From positions 112,826-176,825 of the forward strand of contig CAZYDU010000001.1 in NCBI GenBank assembly GCA_964646345.1: a stretch of 64,000 nt of DNA, in the 5' to 3' direction. The notes beneath the pieces are model-generated. The model was not told the DNA's origin. It was given only the letters and a program-made list of their open reading frames with translations, and ran no database searches. Below, piece by piece: positions 29,391 to 36,295 of the stretch. Numbering within the stretch: the first letter of the stretch is position 1; the number at the start of each line of letters is the position of its first letter. The stretch is from an uncultured Lachnospiraceae bacterium (lineage in GTDB: Bacteria; Bacillota; Clostridia; Christensenellales; UBA1242). Position numbers and translations under genes: made by a program.

Positions 29391-29506
29391 ACATTATAAC
29401 ACAACTATAAAAAAAATCAATCAATTTTGTAAAAATTTTTAGAATTAATTTTTTATGATTTTCTTTTCAACAAAAAACAGGAGCTAAAATTAACCCCTGT
29501 TTCATT

Positions 29507-31741
29507 TTATTCACTTTCATTTTCTGTAATTACGATTGTATAAAGCACAGTGCAACTGCTAGTTTCGCCACTCGTTGAGTAAATGATTTGAATTTGTTTT
29601 TTATCCGAACTTATTGCAATCCCTGAAACATCAACAGTCACTGAAGAAGATTGAAAACGATTTTTTATCACATTTCCAGTAGTATCTGAATATTTTATCC
29701 ATAGATTTGAAGCACTGTTTTTCAAATATCTATTATATGATTCTTCGTCAATTTGAATTGTTAATGTTGTTGAGTCGTCTTGAATCGAATAATTTGTACT
29801 TCCCGCATAATCACAGCTAATAGCGTCTCCATTATTCAAACTAAGTGTTTTTATACCGTTTAACCCAAAATTTTCTTTTTTGAAAATTTCAAGATTTGAC
29901 TCAGCACCAACCATTGATATAACCAAAGCTTTATTTAAAACATCTTCAGTCATTACAATAGTATAAACACCATTTGTTTTTGTAATGGTTTTATCTCCCA
30001 ACTTAACTATAAATTCGCAACCACTTACCAAAGTAAATGAAATAACAGAATCAATATCAAATTTTTCCTTACCTGAAAAATCTTCAACACTAAATGCATT
30101 GTCATTTAATGTTAATGTTTCAAAATAATTCTCACGAACAACAATATTAACATCAAAGAAATATTCATTAAACACAACATTACCAACATGCAGAGAACCT
30201 AGTGCAATTTTTACACGAATTTTATTTAACCCTTCATCTAAATCAATAACTGATACAAATGAGTCAACATTAGAAGAACCTTCATTTCTAACACCATAAC
30301 TAACTTCAAGCAAATCCCCATATTTCACTTTAGTGCCAGCTATAAATTTATCCACTAATCTTACGTTAAATGAATTATCATCTTCGCCAACAACTATTGT
30401 AGTGTTCCATTCTTGATTTTCTGAATCATATCTCAAACCAAGCAAATTACTTGAAAATGTGTAATCTTCTTGAGTTAAATCAGCAACTGAAAGTGGCTTA
30501 ATTTCCCAATCAATCGAACAGGTCGACATGCTGAGAGTGTAGTTATATTGATAGCCAGTTAACAAATTCATAGTTGCACTTGCTGTATAAGTACCTATAT
30601 CTTTTTGTTCTCCGTTCAAGATTGTAACATTCATATACTCTAAATATTTACTTTTAAATTCATCTGAAAAATCCAAATACACTTTTTGATTTTGACCATT
30701 GTAAATAAACTCATGACCAGCAACTTCACAATAATTTCCATTATCATCATAGGTCATATATTTTGCCGAAGACATATCTATTACATATTTATTAATTCTC
30801 CAAACAAGTTGACGTGATGGAATTGAGCTATAAGACTTTCTATCTTTTTCCTTTTCAGCTTCAGTTTCCCCAACACCATCGTAAGAAAAAGTAATGTTAA
30901 CAGTATAAATACCTGCAACCGAAGTTTGAAATTCTGAAGAAACAGTATTATCTTCAATCTTTTCAAATTCCCAAGAAATGTGTTTATCCTGCAAGATTTT
31001 CGCACTTACTGAGTTTAATGTTGCCTGATATGTGATTGGAGTAGCTGGCGAATCACTCACAGTGTAATTTTCAAGTAATATTTCAGGAATCTCAATTTCT
31101 CCAATTGTAATCTTCCATTCTTTTTGCAATGTTGTATCGCCAACAAACTTGTAATTGTCTGGGTCAACTAATGATAACGTTGCTGTAGCCAAATATGAAG
31201 CATCATCATAACAAACATCTTTTTGATTATTATCCCCATAAGCGATATTAACAATACCATCAAGATTTTGTTCAATCTTTGGCGAATGGTAATTTCCATC
31301 ATATCTAAAACCATTTGTATCCCATGTAAAGTCAGCAGTGTTTATACTTGCCTTTTCAACTTTCAACGTTACTGTTTTTGTTTCAGTTAAATCGGTATAC
31401 CCAAAAGTTAATGTGTATTCCCCAGCTGGAGTTTTTTCACCTGCTGGAATTGTCGATGAAAACGTGTAACCTGCAGTCTCATCAGTTTCAGCTTGCAAAA
31501 CTTTTTTTGAACCATCATCAAAATTTGCCATAATTTCAAAATCAGAAGCATCAAGAGCATAATTTCCGCCATAAGTTTTGGTTATTACTCCGTCAACCAT
31601 AGTGTACGAATTATTTACAATCTCAATAGATACACTTGTAACCTTTGCCATTGTGTCATTTTTTCCGCAAGCAGAAAGACCTAGGCAACCACAAAGAACA
31701 ATCATGCATGACAATATAATTTTCGCTATCTTTTTTTTCAT
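29507..31741 (-). CDS. Large surface lipoprotein with repeated beta-sandwich (Ig/MBG-like) domains
   Basis: MKKK signal peptide with LSAC lipobox; repeated YDG/YNG...G.YTA...W.I units rich in T/S/V. Confidence 0.7.
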   Translation of the reverse strand: MKKKIAKIILSCMIVLCGCLGLSACGKNDTMAKVTSVSIEIVNNSYTMVDGVITKTYGGNYALDASDFEIMANFDDGSKKVLQAETDETAGYTFSSTIPAGEKTPAGEYTLTFGYTDLTETKTVTLKVEKASINTADFTWDTNGFRYDGNYHSPKIEQNLDGIVNIAYGDNNQKDVCYDDASYLATATLSLVDPDNYKFVGDTTLQKEWKITIGEIEIPEILLENYTVSDSPATPITYQATLNSVSAKILQDKHISWEFEKIEDNTVSSEFQTSVAGIYTVNITFSYDGVGETEAEKEKDRKSYSSIPSRQLVWRINKYVIDMSSAKYMTYDDNGNYCEVAGHEFIYNGQNQKVYLDFSDEFKSKYLEYMNVTILNGEQKDIGTYTASATMNLLTGYQYNYTLSMSTCSIDWEIKPLSVADLTQEDYTFSSNLLGLRYDSENQEWNTTIVVGEDDNSFNVRLVDKFIAGTKVKYGDLLEVSYGVRNEGSSNVDSFVSVIDLDEGLNKIRVKIALGSLHVGNVVFNEYFFDVNIVVRENYFETLTLNDNAFSVEDFSGKEKFDIDSVISFTLVSGCEFIVKLGDKTITKTNGVYTIVMTEDVLNKALVISMVGAESNLEIFKKENFGLNGIKTLSLNNGDAISCDYAGSTNYSIQDDSTTLTIQIDEESYNRYLKNSASNLWIKYSDTTGNVIKNRFQSSSVTVDVSGIAISSDKKQIQIIYSTSGETSSCTVLYTIVITENESE

Positions 31742-31965
31742 ACTCACTCCTAGTTATTTTCCATTTTCTAAAGCAATAATATACAATGAAATTATAACAC
31801 AAATTATTTTTTAATAAAAATAATTTGCGTCATTTAATAAAATTTAGCAAAAATTATTAAGATGTTAATTCAAATAACAATAAGAAAAATACCCATAAAA
31901 TTTGCATTTACAAGTGTTTTTGTGTGGTTTTCCTATTTTTTCTTTCGTATAATTTCAAAAAAATA

Positions 31966-32625
31966 TTACATATCATTTCGGGCGAAAAGGTTTAAAACAT
32001 CGTTTTTAAGTGCAAAATTAGAAACATCGAGAAAGTTTGAATCATAGCCATATCTATTTTGACCAAACGAAATCCACATTTGTCCCCAAGACAAACCACT
32101 ATCAATCAAAATTTTCACACTATCTTTCTTTTTATAAAGCTTATTTTTTTTGACATGATTTATTTTCATGCAACCATTCAAATCATAAATTCTAGCTTGC
32201 AAATCACATTCCAATTTATCACAAAAGTAAGCAAATTTTGCTTCATTTGTTTTTCTTTCATCAAACTCAAATATTAATTTTTTATATTCTTTTTTATCAA
32301 TTAAACCAGAAAAAATATCTTCAACGGCTTTATGCCCAATGACGTTTTTTTCTTCCTTTTTAATATCATATAATGTCAGGTCGCCAATAATTATTTCTTC
32401 GGTTTCATGAACAGCAAGCATTTTCAAAACCTTGTCTAAATCAATATCATATTTATACTCACTTTTCATTGCAATCGCAAGCATCATTGTGCCGTAAACA
32501 TGTTCTGCAACACTTTCAATTCTTTTAGTCTTAACTTTCCAATCAACCCAACCTTTCCTAATCAAATTTTTTAAGCGGTTACATAGCACATAATATCTTA
32601 ATACATTTTTAGCTTCATTTTTCAT
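31966..32625 (-). CDS. HD-domain hydrolase (YfbR/HDDC2-like 5'-deoxynucleotidase family)
   Basis: LK...RKGW, ESVAEH, AVHETEEIIIGD (HD changed to HE) and EAKFAYFCDKLE motifs. Confidence 0.85.
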   Translation of the reverse strand: MKNEAKNVLRYYVLCNRLKNLIRKGWVDWKVKTKRIESVAEHVYGTMMLAIAMKSEYKYDIDLDKVLKMLAVHETEEIIIGDLTLYDIKKEEKNVIGHKAVEDIFSGLIDKKEYKKLIFEFDERKTNEAKFAYFCDKLECDLQARIYDLNGCMKINHVKKNKLYKKKDSVKILIDSGLSWGQMWISFGQNRYGYDSNFLDVSNFALKNDVLNLFARNDM

Positions 32626-32777
32626 AAATCCCCCAATTTCAGACCAGCCTTGCATATTTTAATACTTTTTCAATATTTTTTAACCTATTTTGCGTTTTTT
32701 ATTTTATTTTGTACATTTTATATTATAATTCATTTATTAATAAAGTCAAATTATATAGCATTGTGTTTATTTTTTAT

Positions 32778-32870
32778 TGTCATTTCGACTTTCCCAAGTC
32801 ATTTCGAGCAGGGTTTTTCGTGTCATTTCGAGCGGAGCAAGGCGAAGTCAAGAAATCCCCCATTTCGAAG
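32778..32870 (+). repeat. Cluster of REP-like palindromic repeats (GTCATTTCGA units)
   Basis: GTCATTTCGA at 32779, 32798 and 32822, partial copy at 32861; the third unit ends AGTCAAGAAATCCC. Confidence 0.7.
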
Positions 32871-33079
32871 ACATAATATATTTTATTAAAAACAGAATTT
32901 TAACAAAAATCTTATTTTTATTGTATTTTTTTAACATATTTTGCGTTTTTTATTTTAATAAACAAATAACATCTATCTCTATTTTATAATAGTTTTACTA
33001 TCCAAAATTAAAACCATATAACAATAAAACAACCTTCATTTTATTTTGAATAATATCCAAATCATGCTAAAATAAATTT

Positions 33080-33961
33080 ATGAATATAAATAATTGGATA
33101 GAAAAAAATTGCATTTCATTAGAAGGCAAAACAATTTGCATTACAGGTAGTACCAGCGGTCTCGCAGTAAAATTTACAGAGCAACTTGCAAGCCTCGGAG
33201 CTAACTTTATTTTTGCAAATCGTAACAAAGAAAAAAGTGAAAAGCAAAAACAGGAACTCATCAAAAAATACCCCAACATCAAAATTAAGATAATGATTGT
33301 GAACATGTTTGATATGAACAGTGTTAAACTTTTTGTTTGCAAGCTTATGCAAGAAAAATTTGATATGCTAATTATCAATTCAGCAGTTTACAATGTTCCA
33401 CGAAAAACATCATCTGCAGGGTTTGACAACATTTTTCAAATTAACTTCATTTCTCCTTATTTTATAATCAAAAAACTAATCCCAAACATGAGAAAAAATA
33501 GAATCTCAAAAGTCATAATTATTGGTAGCATTGCCCACAATTACTCAAGGGTTAATTTTGATGATATTCAAAAATTAAAAACAAAAAAGCAAAGTGTAAT
33601 TTACGGCAATTCAAAAAGATTTTTAATGTTCGCAACACAAAGACTTTTAAGTGATAATAACATAAACCTTGCAATAGTTCACCCAGGTGTAACCTTAACC
33701 AACATGACAAATCACTATCCAGCAATCATTAACCCACTCGTTAAACTTGGAATCAAAACAATTTTTCCAACCCCGCAAAAAGCAAGTCTTTCAATTCTCG
33801 CCGGAGTTTACACCAATACATCACACAACGAATGGATTGGACCAGCCAAACACAATGTTTGGGGATACCCAAAACTACAAAAACTAAGCACCTGTTCAAA
33901 ATCCGAACAAATCAAAATCTTTGAAACCGCCGAAAATATTTATGATTCATTTAACAAATAA
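33080..33961 (+). CDS. SDR family NAD(P)-dependent oxidoreductase (retinol dehydrogenase-like)
   Basis: ITGSTSGL, INSAV, YGNSK catalytic YxxxK and VHPG motifs. Confidence 0.88.
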   Translation: MNINNWIEKNCISLEGKTICITGSTSGLAVKFTEQLASLGANFIFANRNKEKSEKQKQELIKKYPNIKIKIMIVNMFDMNSVKLFVCKLMQEKFDMLIINSAVYNVPRKTSSAGFDNIFQINFISPYFIIKKLIPNMRKNRISKVIIIGSIAHNYSRVNFDDIQKLKTKKQSVIYGNSKRFLMFATQRLLSDNNINLAIVHPGVTLTNMTNHYPAIINPLVKLGIKTIFPTPQKASLSILAGVYTNTSHNEWIGPAKHNVWGYPKLQKLSTCSKSEQIKIFETAENIYDSFNK

Positions 33962-34117
33962 TCCTCAAAATCAAAATACTTTCAATCCCACCACATATAT
34001 TTAACACATAGCTTTCATGATTGAAATTCTAATCATCTAAATTTAATTTTACACAAATAAACCCAAACATCACAATTACAAATTTAACAATATCTGAAAA
34101 GTTTAATTATTATCTCA

Positions 34118-34159
34118 CAAAAAAAACGAACCCTAAGCAAATTTCAAGGTTCGTTTTTT
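34118..34159. terminator. Bidirectional intrinsic terminator after tRNA-Leu(TAG)
   Basis: AAAAAACGAACC...GGTTCGTTTTTT. Confidence 0.75.
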
Positions 34160-34167
34160 ATTTGTTT

Positions 34168-34252
34168 TGGTGCAGATGAAGGGACTTGAACCCCCAAGCC
34201 GTAAGGCACTAGATCCTAAGTCTAGCGTGTTTGCCAATTTCACCACATCTGC
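34168..34252 (-). tRNA. tRNA-Leu (TAG)
   Basis: GCAGATGTGGTGAAATTGGCAAACACGCTAGACTTAGGATCTAG..., long variable arm, encoded CCA. Confidence 0.96.
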
Positions 34253-34299
34253 ATATATTTAGTTATAATTTAAGCCAAGTCATTTAGGCTTGGCTTTTG

Positions 34300-34375
34300 T
34301 GGTGGCTCATCCGGGATTCGAACCCGGGACCCCTTGATTAAAAGTCAAGTGCTCTACCAGCTGAGCTAATGAACC
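34300..34375 (-). tRNA. tRNA-Lys (TTT)
   Basis: GGTTCATTAGCTCAGCTGGTAGAGCACTTGACTTTTAATCAAG...CCA. Confidence 0.97.
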
Positions 34376-34478
34376 ATATTTAGTTTTTCCAGCAACGGGT
34401 ATATTATATATAAAAATATCTAAAAGTGCAAGGGTTTTTTGAAATTTCTTGTCAAAACTTTAAAATTTTTATAATTTT

Positions 34479-34553
34479 TGGCTGGGGTGGAAGGTTTCGA
34501 ACCCTCGAATGCGGGAGTCAGAGTCCCGTGCCTTACCACTTGGCGACACCCCA
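34479..34553 (-). tRNA. tRNA-Gln (CTG)
   Basis: TGGGGTGTCGCCAAGTGGTAAGGCACGGGACTCTGACTCCCG...GCCA. Confidence 0.96.
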
Positions 34554-34582
34554 ACGAATCGATTTATGGGTTAGAATTAGTT

Positions 34583-34657
34583 TGGCTGGGGTGGCAGGAT
34601 TCGAACCTACGAATGATAGAGTCAAAGTCTATTGCCTTACCGCTTGGCTACACCCCA
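34583..34657 (-). tRNA. tRNA-Gln (TTG)
   Basis: TGGGGTGTAGCCAAGCGGTAAGGCAATAGACTTTGACTCTAT...GCCA. Confidence 0.96.
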
Positions 34658-34683
34658 ATATGAGTTTATTGATTTAAAATTAA

Positions 34684-34761
34684 TGGGGTGGAAGGTGGGT
34701 CTCGAACCCACGACCTCAAGATCCACAATCTTGCGCTCTAACCTACTGCGCTACATCCACC
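34684..34761 (-). tRNA. tRNA-His (GTG), with encoded G-1
   Basis: GGTGGATGTAGCGCAGTAGGTTAGAGCGCAAGATTGTGGATCTTG...CCCCA. Confidence 0.96.
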
Positions 34762-34764
34762 ATA

Positions 34765-34841
34765 TGGTGTGCCTTGAGGGATTCGAACCCCCGACCCTCG
34801 CCTTAGAAGGGCGATGCTCTATCCAGCTGAGCTAAAGGCAC
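34765..34841 (-). tRNA. tRNA-Arg (TCT)
   Basis: GTGCCTTTAGCTCAGCTGGATAGAGCATCGCCCTTCTAAGGCGA...ACCA. Confidence 0.96.
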
Positions 34842-34848
34842 ATAAATT

Positions 34849-34922
34849 TGGAGCGGGTGATGAGAATCGAACTCACGCAACCAGCTTGGAAGGCTGACGC
34901 TCTACCATTGAGCTACACCCGC
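34849..34922 (-). tRNA. tRNA-Gly (TCC)
   Basis: GCGGGTGTAGCTCAATGGTAGAGCGTCAGCCTTCCAAGCTGG...TCCA. Confidence 0.96.
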
Positions 34923-34944
34923 ACAACTCAATTTCGACTACACT

Positions 34945-35032
34945 ATAATAACACCATTTTTTTTAATTGTCAATAAAATAAAATAATTTTACAAAATTTA
35001 TAGTTGATTTTTAAAATCCAATAAATTATAAT
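34945..35032. promoter_or_regulatory. Divergent sigma-A promoters for the tRNA-Gly cluster (minus) and tRNA-Leu(CAG) (plus)
   Basis: Minus strand TTGACA-17-TATTAT at about 34945-34973; plus strand TTGATT (35004)-17-TATAAT (35027). Confidence 0.7.
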
Positions 35033-35092
35033 GAATTTACGCTAACTTAAAAGTAGTATTTTATATTTATATTAGCAATTTAAAAAACTCAT

Positions 35093-35178
35093 GCTGATGT
35101 GGCGAAACGGCAGACGCGCAAGGTTCAGGTCCTTGTAAGAGCAATCTTATGCAGGTTCAAATCCTGTCATCAGCACCA
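35093..35178 (+). tRNA. tRNA-Leu (CAG)
   Basis: GCTGATGTGGCGAAACGGCAGACGCGCAAGGTTCAGGTCCTTG..., long variable arm, GTTCAAATC T-loop, CCA. Confidence 0.96.
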
Positions 35179-35482
35179 AAAATTTAAATTGCATTTATGC
35201 GGTTTGAGTTTTTTTTGATGTAAAGGATTTGAACTAAAATAAATTGTAGCGGGATATAAAATAAATAATAAACATAAATTTATTGCGAAAATCTGTCAGC
35301 AGCAGATTGGTTTAGATTTTCGAGATAAAACACAACAAGCAGGTTCTTGATGAAGGTGTCTTATCAATGGTTCTGATTGGTGCGTTTTAGCCGAAAAGAT
35401 GAGCTAAGGTGCGGTTATAAAAGCCGCCGACCGCACGGGAAAGCGGAACTTAAAGACGTTCAAATCCTGTCATCAGCACCAA
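35155..35482. mobile_element. Gene-free ~300-bp element at the tRNA-Leu 3' end, bounded by a 25-bp att-like direct repeat
   Basis: GTTCAAATCCTGTCATCAGCACCAA at 35155-35179 and 35458-35482; inverted partial copy AGGATTTGAAC at 35224-35234; several internal hairpins. Confidence 0.7.
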
Positions 35483-35554
35483 TTTCGAATGAAATAAATT
35501 TCATTCAAACCATCGAAAAATCGAAATAGATTATTTAATGTGATTTAAAAAGTA

Positions 35555-35587
35555 AAAACAGCTTAAGATTAATTCTCAAGCTGTTTT
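35555..35587. repeat. 33-bp hairpin/terminator repeat, copy 1
   Basis: AAAACAGCTTAAGATTAATTCTCAAGCTGTTTT, identical to 36252-36284. Confidence 0.9.
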
Positions 35588-35593
35588 TTGTTT

Positions 35594-35800
35594 CTAATCT
35601 TCTAAACCAAGCAAATAATCCGTTGTTACACCAAATGTTTTTGCAAGTTCCACCACATAACTCACTTTCGGTTCATTAATTCCTTTTTCCCAAAAATCAA
35701 TAGCCTTTTGCGAAGCCCCTATTCTTTTTGCAAGCTCAGATTGACTTATATTTAACGATTTTCTTAACTCAAATAACCTTTGTGAAAACTTATTCTCCAT
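35594..35800 (-). CDS. XRE-family HTH repressor (probably leaderless)
   Basis: RLFELRKSLNISQSELAKRIGASQKAIDFWEKG.NEP...FGVTTDYLLG. Confidence 0.9.
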   Translation of the reverse strand: MENKFSQRLFELRKSLNISQSELAKRIGASQKAIDFWEKGINEPKVSYVVELAKTFGVTTDYLLGLED

Positions 35801-35808
35801 ACAATTAT

Positions 35809-35862
35809 TTTAGTAAAATTCTACTAAATTATGTTGACATAGTAGATTTCTACTTATATAAT
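35809..35862 (+). promoter_or_regulatory. Consensus promoter of the zinc-ribbon gene with two palindromic operators
   Basis: TTGACA (35834)-17-TATAAT (35857); AGTAGATTTCTACT in the spacer (35841-35854); TTTAGTAAAATTCTACTAAA at 35809-35828. Confidence 0.8.
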
Positions 35863-35908
35863 TTAGATAGCATAAATTTTATGTAATAAAACAAAGGAGA
35901 ATAAAAAA

Positions 35909-36247
35909 ATGGCTTATTGTTCAAAATGCGGAAAAGAAGTTCATGATGAAGCTGAAATCTGTCCTCACTGTGGTTGCAGGATAAAAAAAGAACCAATGTT
36001 GACATCTAATGATGGGAAAAACCTAGTTAGATTTCTTTTAACTTTCTTTTTAGGCTTTATCGGCAGTTTTATTATCAATCACACAAACCTAAAACCTATC
36101 GGTTGGAAATCTAGAACCATGGCTTACCTTTTCCTATCACTGATAACATTTAACATTTACAGTTTAGTTGCATCAATTTGCAATTTTACATTCAACCCAA
36201 ACCAATCATCAAACATCGGTTATTTTGCAGTAAAAGAATTTAACTAA
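35909..36247 (+). CDS. Zinc-ribbon domain membrane protein (TM2-like C-terminus)
   Basis: MAYCSKCG...ICPHCG double CxxC followed by two hydrophobic segments (LLTFFLGFIG; YLFLSLITFNIY). Confidence 0.8.
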   Translation: MAYCSKCGKEVHDEAEICPHCGCRIKKEPMLTSNDGKNLVRFLLTFFLGFIGSFIINHTNLKPIGWKSRTMAYLFLSLITFNIYSLVASICNFTFNPNQSSNIGYFAVKEFN

Positions 36248-36251
36248 ACAC

Positions 36252-36284
36252 AAAACAGCTTAAGATTAATTCTCAAGCTGTTTT
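36252..36284. repeat. 33-bp hairpin/terminator repeat, copy 2
   Basis: Identical to 35555-35587; lies between convergent genes as a bidirectional terminator. Confidence 0.9.
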
Positions 36285-36295
36285 GTGTTTGTATT

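Noticed and set aside
32650-32989. Two short ORFs, and a possible CRISPR array, over the GTCATTTCGA repeats
   Set aside because: The repeat units are about 10 bp with irregular 19-39 bp spacing and no cas genes; the ORFs are translations of the repeat and AT-rich DNA
34426-34835. Three plus-strand ORFs of 61-83 aa
   Set aside because: They are antisense translations of the tRNA-Gln/His/Arg genes
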